Source: Chlorobiota bacterium (lineage in GTDB: Bacteria; Bacteroidota; Bacteroidia; Bacteroidales; JAADGE01). From it: a stretch of 64,000 nt of DNA. Positions 55,141 to 64,000 of this stretch are shown piece by piece. Under the pieces are notes generated by a model. That model had not been told where the DNA came from, ran no database searches, and saw only the letters and a program-made list of their open reading frames with translations. Location of the stretch: the NCBI GenBank assembly GCA_013153865.1, contig JAADDR010000096.1, positions 3,729 through 67,728 on the forward strand, given 5' to 3'. Each line of letters opens with the position of its first letter. Position 1 is the first letter of the stretch. The translations under genes and the position numbers were made by a program.

Positions 55141-56067
55141 GTGAACTCCCGAAAACACAAATACACGCAAATAATAAAAACCGAAGCGAAAAATCTCGGT
55201 TTTTTTGCTTGCGGCATTTCAAAAGCACGTTTCCTCGAAGAAGAAGCCGAAAATCTTGAAAATTGGCTGAAAAAAGGATACAATGCCGAAATGCAATACA
55301 TGGAAAACCATTTCGAAAAAAGACTTAACCCGAAACTTTTGGTTCCCGGAGCAAAATCGGTTATTTCGCTGCTCTATCCGTATTATCCGCAAACTCTCCA
55401 AAAACACAAAGACGCTCCGGTTTTATCAAAATACGCATACGGCGAAGACTACCACTTTGTCCTTAAAGACAAAATGAAAAAACTGATGACCGCAATAAAC
55501 GAAAAAATAGGAGAAGTAAACGGAAGAGCTTTTACCGACAGTGCCCCGGTTTTAGACAAAAAATGGGCGGAACTTTCCGGAACCGCTTGGAGAGGAAAAC
55601 ACTCAGGAATGCTTACAAAACAAGGTTCTTTCTTCTTTATCGGAGAAATTATAATCGACCTCGAACTACAATACGACATACCCGCAAACAACTATTGCGG
55701 AACATGTACGCGCTGTATAGACGCATGTCCCACGCAAGCAATTACGGAACCTTACAAAATAGACGCCCGAAAATGCATATCTTACCTTACCGTAGAATTT
55801 AAAGGCTCGTTGCCCGAAGAACTGAAAACCAAATTTAAAAACAGAGTATTCGGTTGCGATATATGCCAGGATGTTTGTCCGCACAACAGAAATCCGGTTA
55901 TTCACAACGAACAACGATTTATCCCCGATCCGGAACTGCTCGAAATGACAAAATCCGAATGGCACGAAATAACCGAAGACATTTTTAAAAAACTCTTTAA
56001 AAAATCAGCCGTAAAAAGAACAAAATTTAAAGGTCTAAAACGCAATTTAGATTTTATAAAACAATAA
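55141..56067 (+). CDS. queG: Epoxyqueuosine reductase
   Basis: 308 aa, apparent GTG start. [16 protein letters not shown] and [13 protein letters not shown] ferredoxin motifs; CISYLTVE. Confidence 0.9.
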   Translation: MNSRKHKYTQIIKTEAKNLGFFACGISKARFLEEEAENLENWLKKGYNAEMQYMENHFEKRLNPKLLVPGAKSVISLLYPYYPQTLQKHKDAPVLSKYAYGEDYHFVLKDKMKKLMTAINEKIGEVNGRAFTDSAPVLDKKWAELSGTAWRGKHSGMLTKQGSFFFIGEIIIDLELQYDIPANNYCGTCTRCIDACPTQAITEPYKIDARKCISYLTVEFKGSLPEELKTKFKNRVFGCDICQDVCPHNRNPVIHNEQRFIPDPELLEMTKSEWHEITEDIFKKLFKKSAVKRTKFKGLKRNLDFIKQ

Positions 56068-56109
56068 ACTTATTATATTTTTGTTTTTTATTTTTACCAA
56101 AATCCGAAT

Positions 56110-56805
56110 ATGAAACGAAAAATTCTGATTACGGGAGCAAGCAAAGGAATAGGAAATGCGGAAGCGCAAAAACTATCTTCCGGCAACGAACTTTTTTTGC
56201 ATGCATCAAAAAAATCATCTTTTAAAAACAAAATAAAAAACGCACATTATTTCGGATATGATCTCTCTAAAATCGAAAACATAAACCCTTTCGTAAACGA
56301 AATAAAAAAAACAACAAATACGCTTGATGTTCTTATCAATAATGTCGGTATTATGATACTCGAAAGATTTGCCGACTTTAAAGACGAAGACATAAACACG
56401 CTTATAACTCTTAACCTGCACTCACATCTTTTGCTTACAAAAAAACTTATACCCTTACTTTTAAAAAGCAAAAACCCGCATATCATTTTTATGTCGTCGA
56501 TGTCGGCAAAAAATCAAATAGAAGGCGAATCCGTATATGCGGCAACAAAAGCAGGCATAATGCAATTTGCTCACGTTCTGCGAAACGAACTTGCCGGAGA
56601 AATACGCGTTTCAACCATACATTCGTGGGGAGTAAATACTTGGGGCGACCCGGAAGGATCTCCGATACTTGTCCCTGAAAACATTGCCGAAGTCGTTGAA
56701 TTTATTCTCGACACAAAACGCCCGTTTGTAATAGAATCTATAGACTTAAGCCACGAACTGCAATGGAAAGGAACAAAAGCACCCTGGTCTCCGGAAAACA
56801 ATTAA
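56110..56805 (+). CDS. Short-chain dehydrogenase/reductase (SDR)
   Basis: 231 aa. ITGASKGIG, NNVG, S...YAATKAG. Confidence 0.8.
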   Translation: MKRKILITGASKGIGNAEAQKLSSGNELFLHASKKSSFKNKIKNAHYFGYDLSKIENINPFVNEIKKTTNTLDVLINNVGIMILERFADFKDEDINTLITLNLHSHLLLTKKLIPLLLKSKNPHIIFMSSMSAKNQIEGESVYAATKAGIMQFAHVLRNELAGEIRVSTIHSWGVNTWGDPEGSPILVPENIAEVVEFILDTKRPFVIESIDLSHELQWKGTKAPWSPENN

Positions 56806-56824
56806 AAATCTTAAAAAAAACAAA

Positions 56825-57853
56825 ATGCAAAAAATAAAAATACTGATATTTTCGGCATTTATTATTTTATCAATAACCTTAACATCGTGCAAAAACGATA
56901 ATAACTTCGATATTGACGTATCAGACATAAAAATAAAAATAAACGTAAAACACTTCGAAAAAGACTTATTTAAATTTAAACTCGACAGCGCCGACTTTTA
57001 TATTAACCTTTACAAAAAAAAATACGGTGAATTTTTTAAACTTTTTAACTATCAAATTACGGAAATCGGTCCTTGCGACAACAAAAACTATCCGGAAAAT
57101 CTGGACATGTTCGTAAGATACTGGAAAACCGAAAACATACCGCATATCTTGGATTCTGCCTTTGCCGACTTCGATACGGAACAAATTCCGCAAATAGAAA
57201 ATGCATTTAAACACTACAAATATTATTTCCCGGAAGATACAATTCCGGATATCTATACTTTTTTTTCATCTTTCGGATACTCCGTAGTTACACTCGACGG
57301 AATAGTCGGCTTAGGTCTCGACAAATATCTCGGAAAAAAATTTTATTATCTTTACGACAGAGTCGGTTGGAGCAAATATCAAAAACGACGAATGATAAAA
57401 CCGATGATTACGACAGATATTATGCGTGCCGTTGCCGTTGCCGATTACCCTTACAACGACGAAAACGGCGATAATATGCTGAAAAAGATTATTTACGAAG
57501 GCAAAATACAATATTTTCTGAACTGCATGTTGCCCGATGTTCCGGATACGCTTAAATGGAGATATACGGCAAGACAACTTGCATGGGCGGAAAAATACGA
57601 AAATAAAATATGGAGTTACATAGCGGCTCAAAAACTTTTGTATTCGGTTGACCGGACGGAAATACGCAAATTTACCGGCGACGGTCCTTACACATCGGCT
57701 TTTACGGATGTATCGGCACCGAGAGCAGGAAGTTTTATCGGATACAAAATAGTAGAAAAATACATGAAAAACAACCCGGATGTATCGCTGAAAGATTTAA
57801 TGGAAGAACAAGACGAAAGAAAAATACTTGCCGGAGCCAAATACAATCCCTAA
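56825..57853 (+). CDS. gldB: Gliding-motility lipoprotein GldB-like
   Basis: 342 aa. Lipobox LTSC, then a ...KHFEKDLF...YKKKYGEFFKLF pattern resembling the Flavobacterium GldB N-terminus. Recognised from memory. Confidence 0.6.
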   Translation: MQKIKILIFSAFIILSITLTSCKNDNNFDIDVSDIKIKINVKHFEKDLFKFKLDSADFYINLYKKKYGEFFKLFNYQITEIGPCDNKNYPENLDMFVRYWKTENIPHILDSAFADFDTEQIPQIENAFKHYKYYFPEDTIPDIYTFFSSFGYSVVTLDGIVGLGLDKYLGKKFYYLYDRVGWSKYQKRRMIKPMITTDIMRAVAVADYPYNDENGDNMLKKIIYEGKIQYFLNCMLPDVPDTLKWRYTARQLAWAEKYENKIWSYIAAQKLLYSVDRTEIRKFTGDGPYTSAFTDVSAPRAGSFIGYKIVEKYMKNNPDVSLKDLMEEQDERKILAGAKYNP

Positions 57854-57867
57854 AACCCGACAATCCA

Positions 57868-59001
57868 ATGAGCGAATTTGCACATCAGCTTTTTGCCGAT
57901 TACGAAATATACAAAGAGCAGCGGCTCTTAAATCGAAGATTTAAGCATAAAGATATTCTGCCCTTATCCGAAAACCGGAAATCGAATATATTGACGATAT
58001 ACGATACCGCTTATTCGTTCGAAAACAGAAAAATACACACCCTTAAAGCCGGCAACGGCAAAAAACACGTTCTTTTATGGTCGCAAATGCACGGCGACGA
58101 ATCAACGGCAACGGCAGCTTTATTCGATATTTTTAATTTTCTCGAAAATCCGGGAAACCTTAAAACCCGGTGCGAAACAATACTTAAAAACTGCACGCTT
58201 TTTTTTATACCGATGCTTAATCCCGACGGTGCCGAACGTTTTCAAAGACGTAACGCACAAGGAACAGACATTAACAGAGATGCTTTGCGGCTTTCAAGCC
58301 CCGAAGGGAGATTTTTAGCACGGCAAAGAGATAAAATAAATCCGGAGTTCGGGTTTAATCTTCACGACCAAGAATCGCGATACGCCGCCGGAAACACCAA
58401 ATACCCGGCAACGATGTCTTTCTTGGCACCGGCTTTCGACAAAGCAAAAACATTAAACGAAAGTCGTAAAAAATCCATGAAACTCATTGCCGAAATAAAC
58501 GAAAGTCTGCAAAACTTTATCCCTAACCAAATCGGAAGATACTCCGATGATTTTATGCCCGCCGCTTTCGGCGACAACATACAAAAAAAAGGAACAAGCA
58601 CAATATTAACAGAATCGGGGTGGTTTGCCGGCGATAACGAAAAACAATTTGTTCGCAAACTTAATTTTACGGCAATACTTCATGCTTTGTATTCGATAAG
58701 CGTAAATAATTTCGAAAAATATTCCGTTTCGGATTACGAAAAAATACCCTTCAATAAAAAGAACAAATTTTTCGATTATATTTTGCGTAATGTTCTTATA
58801 CGAAAAAACAAGTTCTCGTATATTGTCGATATAGGAATATTAAGAAAATCTTTGCCCGAAAAAGATGTTTTTGAAGTTGCCGATATCGGTGATTTATCGG
58901 AATATTACGCTTACAAAGAAAAAAATCTCGAAAACAAAGAAACAGAGATAAAAGAAGTAACCGGAGATAACGCGGAAGAATTGATAAAAAGATTTTTCTG
59001 A
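57868..59001 (+). CDS. M14-family zinc carboxypeptidase-like protein
   Basis: 377 aa. WSQMHGDEST (HxxE zinc motif), PMLNPDG, NRD. Confidence 0.7.
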   Translation: MSEFAHQLFADYEIYKEQRLLNRRFKHKDILPLSENRKSNILTIYDTAYSFENRKIHTLKAGNGKKHVLLWSQMHGDESTATAALFDIFNFLENPGNLKTRCETILKNCTLFFIPMLNPDGAERFQRRNAQGTDINRDALRLSSPEGRFLARQRDKINPEFGFNLHDQESRYAAGNTKYPATMSFLAPAFDKAKTLNESRKKSMKLIAEINESLQNFIPNQIGRYSDDFMPAAFGDNIQKKGTSTILTESGWFAGDNEKQFVRKLNFTAILHALYSISVNNFEKYSVSDYEKIPFNKKNKFFDYILRNVLIRKNKFSYIVDIGILRKSLPEKDVFEVADIGDLSEYYAYKEKNLENKETEIKEVTGDNAEELIKRFF

Positions 59002-59007
59002 CCGGTT

Positions 59008-60120
59008 TTAATTCTCGTCTTCGTTTTTATCGTCGGCATCTTCCGCTTCGTTCATAACAATTAATTCTTTATTGTATTTTTTTCCGTAAAGATCCCATAC
59101 GGCAATAAAAAGAGCCGTAATAAGCGGTCCGGCAAGAAATCCTATAACCCCCATCCACAGCAAACCTCCCAAACTTGCAATAAGAGCCATTGCCGTATGC
59201 ATACCGCTTTTATGAGCATCTAAGCGCGGACGTATCAAATTTTGATTAATTAAAACCGCCCCTACTCCGAATATCAGTAATATTGTTCCGGTGGTATAAT
59301 CTCCGATTAAATAATAAATTACAACCGCCGGCACCATAATGCTGTTAGTTCCTACGATAGGAATAACCGATAATGCCGCCATAATAATACCCCAAAAAAC
59401 CGGCGAAGGCACGCCCGTAAGGGCAAATAATATACCGCCGTAAGTTCCTTCCAAAGCCCCGAGCAAAAAAGAATTAAAAACAATTCCGTCGGTAACTTTT
59501 TCGACGTTTTTCATAAGTGCCCTTTCGTCCGAGTCTTTCATCGGAATTAAATATTGCAAACGTTTAAGCAGCTCATCGCCGTCGGCAAACATAAAATATA
59601 AAAAGAAAAGCAAAAAGAATGTATGCACAAGCATATATGTAAGTCCCGAAAAAGTGTTTTGCAAGATAGTAACAGTCCATTCGGTAGCCGTTCCCACAAA
59701 GTCGTCAAGTTTTTTTTCAACGTCTTCCATCTCCATTCGGTCAACATATTTATTTAAAACCGGAATATCAGAGAATCTGTTTTTTATTTTTTCTTCCGAA
59801 AGTTCTTTTTTTATATCCGGCCACTGATTTTTAATTTTAGAATAATTTTCGCCTGCTTCGTTAACTATTACCGCCCCCACAAACATAACCGGAATAACAA
59901 TTACCACCACAACCGTAAGAGTTGTTACGGCAGCCGCTTTGCGAGTATTACCTTTAAATTTACGCCGGAAAAACCGGAAAGGTTTTTTAAATAATATAAC
60001 CAATATTAAAGCCAGAAAAGCATCTCCGATAAAAGGTTGCAAAATACGGAAGAATGCAACGCTTAAAGAAATCAGAATTATAAAAAAGAAAATATCCTGT
60101 AAGTTTCTTTTATCTTTCAT
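59008..60120 (-). CDS. AI-2E family transporter (PerM/UPF0118)
   Basis: 370 aa with about 8 TM helices. Acidic C-terminal tail. Confidence 0.75.
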   Translation of the reverse strand: MKDKRNLQDIFFFIILISLSVAFFRILQPFIGDAFLALILVILFKKPFRFFRRKFKGNTRKAAAVTTLTVVVVIVIPVMFVGAVIVNEAGENYSKIKNQWPDIKKELSEEKIKNRFSDIPVLNKYVDRMEMEDVEKKLDDFVGTATEWTVTILQNTFSGLTYMLVHTFFLLFFLYFMFADGDELLKRLQYLIPMKDSDERALMKNVEKVTDGIVFNSFLLGALEGTYGGILFALTGVPSPVFWGIIMAALSVIPIVGTNSIMVPAVVIYYLIGDYTTGTILLIFGVGAVLINQNLIRPRLDAHKSGMHTAMALIASLGGLLWMGVIGFLAGPLITALFIAVWDLYGKKYNKELIVMNEAEDADDKNEDEN

Positions 60121-60126
60121 AGAGTT

Positions 60127-61032
60127 TTATTTTTTAAATTTTTCGGTACGGATATTTTTAACTTCGCTAATATCTATCGTCCAATCGTAAGCAGGTTCGG
60201 AATTTTCGGAATATCTCATAAAAACGTTTCCGTATGATCTGAGTTTTATCGTTACTTTTTCCGCAATGCCGTTTTTTCTGTTTATCAGATAGTTACCGTA
60301 TAATTTTCCTGTCATGTCGTAAGAAACAAAAACGCCGTTCATCTGTATTCTGCGATTCTTATCGCTTGAAATAAGAGCTTTTTCGCTTATGAAGAAATGC
60401 TCTGTATCTGCAGAATCGAGCGTAAAGGTTTTGTCGTAAATTTTAAAGAATTCAAATTCTCCGGTATCCGAAACTTTCCACGATTCGCCTTCGACAACGG
60501 CATTTTCCGGAAATACGACCTGTACCGGCAAACCGTGTATTATTTTTTTATCGACCGAACGTTTAAAAATCTGCTTTGCCGATTCTTTATCGGCAAACAA
60601 AGAATCCGGATTATACAATTCTTTTAATCCTCCTTTTCGGTTAAGTTTAAATTTAAGAGGTGTTTGCAAAAATACGGAATAAACTTCCGATACGGAATTC
60701 ATGTCGCTGTCGGAACTGAAATATCTTTTTTGCCCGAAGCGGTCTTTTATTTCTTCGTTTATTTTTTTAAATCTGACCGAAACGGTAAAAGACGAATCGC
60801 CGTTTAAACCGATACCGAATGTATATACGATATGTTTTTCGGAGCTTACGGTTTGCTCGTCATCTCCTACTTTTTGGGTACTTTGCGAATAAACATCAAA
60901 ATTTACGAGGCAACTGTCGGACGGTTCAAGCCGATATTCCGGCTTATACGAGTTTTGCGAGAATCCCGAAAAGGTTATCAATATAAAAAAACAAACTGCA
61001 CAAGGTTTCATCCTGAGGGATTTTATTTTCAA
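60127..61032 (-). CDS. Hypothetical secreted protein
   Basis: 301 aa with a signal peptide (CAVCFFILITFSGFSQ). Starts 2 nt after the hflX stop. No family recognised. Confidence 0.6.
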   Translation of the reverse strand: MKIKSLRMKPCAVCFFILITFSGFSQNSYKPEYRLEPSDSCLVNFDVYSQSTQKVGDDEQTVSSEKHIVYTFGIGLNGDSSFTVSVRFKKINEEIKDRFGQKRYFSSDSDMNSVSEVYSVFLQTPLKFKLNRKGGLKELYNPDSLFADKESAKQIFKRSVDKKIIHGLPVQVVFPENAVVEGESWKVSDTGEFEFFKIYDKTFTLDSADTEHFFISEKALISSDKNRRIQMNGVFVSYDMTGKLYGNYLINRKNGIAEKVTIKLRSYGNVFMRYSENSEPAYDWTIDISEVKNIRTEKFKK

Positions 61033-61034
61033 AG

Positions 61035-62225
61035 TTAATATAAAAAATCGTTATAGGGGTATCTTACTTTATGAATTTTAATAACTTCGTCGTATAAAAG
61101 TTTTTTAAGTTTTTCGATGTTTATTTTTTTCTTTGCCGAAATAAATATCGAATCTTTTTCTTTTGCAAACCACATTTTTTTAAAATCGTCGAGAGAAAGA
61201 TTTTCTCTTTTCAGCGGTGTTAAATCGTCTTCGTCTTTTTTAATGTATGAAAAAGCATCTGTTTTATTAAAAACGTTAATCATTTTTTTATCTCCGGCGC
61301 CTATTTCCGACAATGTTTGGTTTACGGTTTTTATTTGTTCCTCAAAATTTGAATGGGAAATATCTATTATATGCAAAAGTAAATCGGCTTCTCTTACTTC
61401 GTCGAGAGTAGATTTAAACGACTCTACGAGATGATGCGGAAGTTTGCGAATAAAACCCACCGTATCGGCAAGTAAAAACGGCAGATTTTCTATTACTGTT
61501 TTTCTTACGGTTGTGTCGAGTGTCGCAAAAAGTTTGTTTTCGGCAAATATGTCCGATTTTGTAAGCACGTTCATAAGGGTAGATTTTCCGACGTTTGTGT
61601 ATCCCACCAAAGCAACACGCACCAGTTTTCCTCTGTTTTTTCGCTGAACGGCTTTTTGTTTGTCTATTTTTTCGAGTTTTTTCTTCAGCAGAGCTATTTT
61701 GTCTTTAACTATTCGCCTGTCTGTTTCTATTTCTTTTTCTCCGGGTCCTCTCATTCCTATACCGCCTCTTTGTCGTTCGAGGTGAGTCCACATTCCGCGT
61801 AAGCGAGGCATAAGATACTCGTATTGAGCAAGTTCTACTTGCACTTTTGCGTGTGCCGTTTGGGCGCGCGCCGCAAAAATATCCAGAATAAGGTTTGTTC
61901 TGTCGAGAATCTTACATTTCAGTTCGCGTTCAATATTCCGAAGTTGCGAGGGAGTAAGTTCGTCGTCAAAAATTACCGTGTCTATATTGTTTTGTGCAAC
62001 ATATTGTTTAATCTCTGAAAATTTTCCGGTTCCGACAAAAGTTTTTGCGTGAGGTGCGTTTCTTTTTTGTTTAAAATGTTTTTTTACTGCTGCTCCCGCC
62101 GTTTTTGCCAGAAATTCCAGTTCGTCGAGATATTCTTTTACTTGTTCTTCTGTTTGATTTTGGGTTATCAAACCTACGACAACGGCATTTTCTTGTGTTT
62201 TTTTATTTGTTTTTTTTTCTATCAT
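61035..62225 (-). CDS. hflX: GTPase HflX
   Basis: 396 aa. HflX N-domain, then GYTNVGKSTLMN (G1), DTVGF (G3), NKTD (G4). Confidence 0.93.
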   Translation of the reverse strand: MIEKKTNKKTQENAVVVGLITQNQTEEQVKEYLDELEFLAKTAGAAVKKHFKQKRNAPHAKTFVGTGKFSEIKQYVAQNNIDTVIFDDELTPSQLRNIERELKCKILDRTNLILDIFAARAQTAHAKVQVELAQYEYLMPRLRGMWTHLERQRGGIGMRGPGEKEIETDRRIVKDKIALLKKKLEKIDKQKAVQRKNRGKLVRVALVGYTNVGKSTLMNVLTKSDIFAENKLFATLDTTVRKTVIENLPFLLADTVGFIRKLPHHLVESFKSTLDEVREADLLLHIIDISHSNFEEQIKTVNQTLSEIGAGDKKMINVFNKTDAFSYIKKDEDDLTPLKRENLSLDDFKKMWFAKEKDSIFISAKKKINIEKLKKLLYDEVIKIHKVRYPYNDFLY

Positions 62226-62296
62226 TAAAAATAATTATAAAAAAAACAGCCGAATTAACGGCTGTAAATTATTATTTTTTAAGAAAATATTTTTCC

Positions 62297-62971
62297 TCAA
62301 TTAAGTTTAAAAGTTACCGGAATAGAATACCAAACACTTACTTTTTTACCGTTTTGCTCTCCGGGTTTAAACCTCGGTAATGATTTAATTACTTTTATGG
62401 CTTCTTGGTCAAGCAAGGGGTCAACTCCTTTTTGCAGTTCCACTTTTCCTATTGCACCGGTTTTAGTAACTTCGAATCTTAAAAATACAGTTCCTTCTAT
62501 ACCGTTTTCTCTTGCTACTGCCGGATATACTACATGTGTTGCGATATATCGTTTAAGAGCCAATACGCCTCCCGGAAATTCGGGCATGTTTTTAACGTAA
62601 ATAAATATTTGGTCTTCTTCTTCCTCTTGCGTGTTTTCCAAATTAATTTCTTCGTTTTCGTCAAATTCGAGGTCAAACTCCGTATCGTCGTTAATATCTT
62701 CGTTATTATCGATAATATTAATAACTTCGACTGTTTGTTGTTGTTGTTGTTCCTGCTTAGGCGGAGGCGGCGGTTCTTTAAGGTCTTGACGCGTAATTTC
62801 AACCATGTCTTCTTCTTCTACGCCTTGATCTAAATTTATAGTGTTTTTTGCGGAAGAAGTTGACCAGTTAAATGCCCAAACTAATGCAAGAATACTGATA
62901 ACTAAACCGATGGATAAAAACATCGTTTTATACTTCTCTAAATTGGCTTCGGGGTTCTTTTTAATTTCCAT
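62297..62971 (-). CDS. tonB: TonB-family energy transducer
   Basis: 224 aa. N-terminal TM anchor, Pro/Gln/Glu-rich linker (EPPPPPKQEQQQQQ), C-terminal TonB domain (MPEFPGG...YPAVARENGIEGTVFLRFEV...G). Confidence 0.85.
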   Translation of the reverse strand: MEIKKNPEANLEKYKTMFLSIGLVISILALVWAFNWSTSSAKNTINLDQGVEEEDMVEITRQDLKEPPPPPKQEQQQQQTVEVINIIDNNEDINDDTEFDLEFDENEEINLENTQEEEEDQIFIYVKNMPEFPGGVLALKRYIATHVVYPAVARENGIEGTVFLRFEVTKTGAIGKVELQKGVDPLLDQEAIKVIKSLPRFKPGEQNGKKVSVWYSIPVTFKLN

Positions 62972-63215
62972 TTTTATTTTTTTTGATAAATGCTCGACAA
63001 TCTTTTAACGATTTACATTTGAGCGCATAAAGTTAATGTTTTTTTATTTTTTCGCAAACTAAATTTTACCTCTGTTTAATATTTTAAAATATATTAAAAT
63101 TTAGAGCAATGCGAACACAAACAACTAATACATTGATAATAAACAAGTTGCACATGAGCTCATTATTCCGGTAACAGAGCGTTATATGTTTAAGTGTAAA
63201 AGTTTCGGTTTGTTT

Positions 63216-63617
63216 TTAATTGCAATTATTTTCAATCCAAAAAATAATTTGCTTTTTCATGTTTTCAAGCTTTATCAAGTAATAAAAAGACCAAATTATT
63301 ATCCATGCCGACATTCCGGTTAACAAAAATACAAACGGAAACTTTACATTCTCCGAATAAGAGCTTAAAACAATCATAAGTATAACCGCAAAAAACAATC
63401 CGATTGTTTGATAAAGCACAGCGGTTTTGTAATTTGTATCGAAAAATCCGGTAATAAAATTCCAACCTCTCAGTTTATCTTTGAATGTTACTTTTCCTTC
63501 CCGGGCAAAATCAACAATCAGATATTGCGAAAAACCTAAGTTAATATCCAACGAATGTTCTTTTTCGGAATAAGCGTAATTGTATCTTTCAAGTTTTGAT
63601 TTTACGGTTTCTTTCAT
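63216..63617 (-). CDS. Hypothetical small membrane protein
   Basis: 133 aa with 2-3 TM helices in the C-terminal half. Confidence 0.55.
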   Translation of the reverse strand: MKETVKSKLERYNYAYSEKEHSLDINLGFSQYLIVDFAREGKVTFKDKLRGWNFITGFFDTNYKTAVLYQTIGLFFAVILMIVLSSYSENVKFPFVFLLTGMSAWIIIWSFYYLIKLENMKKQIIFWIENNCN

Positions 63618-63622
63618 TTAAT

Positions 63623-63787
63623 TTAATTTTCGGATTGCCGATAATTATAAATATCGTCTGTATCTTTTTCGTATAACTTGTTTCTCTTAATTGTTCCGGA
63701 TATAAGTTTTCCGTATATATTATCAATATAATACGAAATTATTTTATTTATATTTTTTTTCGAAATTCTCGAACTGTTTTTTTGCAT
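63623..63787 (-). CDS. Possible 54-aa ORF upstream of the membrane protein
   Basis: Hand translation: MQKNSSRISKKNINKIISYYIDNIYGKLISGTIKRNKLYEKDTDDIYNYRQSEN. The stop lies 5 nt before the next ATG. No family recognised. Confidence 0.3.
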   Translation of the reverse strand: MQKNSSRISKKNINKIISYYIDNIYGKLISGTIKRNKLYEKDTDDIYNYRQSEN

Positions 63788-63882
63788 GCTTAACTCTTTA
63801 TTTATAAAACCCGGATGATATAATTTTTATTGTATATTCGTAATATTTTTTCGGTTTTTTTATGTATTTTGAAAGAATTGTG

Positions 63883-63890
63883 TATTTTTG
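63883..63890 (+). promoter_or_regulatory. TAnnTTTG -7 box upstream of tRNA-Ala
   Basis: tatttttg lies 13 nt upstream of the first tRNA nucleotide. Confidence 0.45.
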
Positions 63891-63902
63891 CGGCATAATA
63901 AA

Positions 63903-63976
63903 GGGGCATTAACTCAGTTGGCTAGAGTGTCACACTGGCAGTGTGGAAGTCATCGGTTCAAGTCCGATATGCTCCA
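63903..63976 (+). tRNA. tRNA-Ala (GGC)
   Basis: Cloverleaf: acceptor GGGGCAT/ATGCTCC with the G3:U70 alanine identity pair, anticodon arm TCACA-CTGGCAG-TGTGG (anticodon GGC), T arm ATCGG-TTCAAGT-CCGAT, discriminator A. No encoded CCA. Confidence 0.9.
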
Positions 63977-64000
63977 CTTTAGAAAAGCCGCATTAAAAAT

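Noticed and set aside
1-64000. Search for mobile elements, prophage, CRISPR-Cas, restriction-modification, toxin-antitoxin or other known defence modules.
   Set aside because: I could not recognise any transposase, integrase, recombinase, reverse transcriptase, nuclease/helicase/ATPase defence-type gene or cas gene in any frame. Apart from the lipid neighbourhood, the gene content is core housekeeping.

Overview
This is an AT-rich chromosomal segment that looks Bacteroidota-like. The evidence is repeated TAnnTTTG -7 promoter boxes, a T9SS-type C-terminal sorting tail on an M1 peptidase, a GldB-like lipoprotein, and Nqr and SUF operons. I see about 58 intact CDSs and 2 tRNAs. I found no rRNA, CRISPR array, transposase, integrase or recognisable phage or defence gene.

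Most of the window is housekeeping: infB (3' part), hisS, tRNA-Cys, ribE, pgk, gdhA, nqrFEDCBA, rnhA, prs-rplY-pth-hslR, ileS-dksA-like-lspA, sufBCDSE plus a sufT-like gene, queG, hflX, tonB and tRNA-Ala.

The part worth a second look is a lipid-centred neighbourhood at about 27.2-44.5 kb. Its core (33.4-44.5 kb) reads as one tightly packed 11-gene operon. It combines the inositol-phospholipid genes (CDP-alcohol phosphatidyltransferase, myo-inositol-1-phosphate synthase, PgpA-type phosphatase, AUR1/PAP2-type inositol-phosphoceramide synthase) with a contiguous alpha-oxoamine synthase / GNAT / NAD-epimerase triad that matches the bacterial Spt-CerS-CerR ceramide route. Four uncharacterised envelope proteins are interleaved: a GtrA-like protein, an 849-aa putative outer-membrane barrel, a small secreted protein and an FmdE-like protein. 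I interpret these four as a possible, undescribed trafficking or maturation module for inositol sphingolipids. That interpretation is inference only.

Secondary items:
- An output-less HAMP-GAF sensor with six exact-phase 24-aa repeats, followed by a co-transcribed possible H-NOX/V4R-like partner.
- A TetR / OMPLA-like / DUF2147 unit.
- An outer-membrane barrel gene wedged between sufB and sufC.
- A GAGAC...GTCTC palindromic repeat cluster.

All functional calls come from reading the translated ORFs and motifs by eye. No database search was possible.
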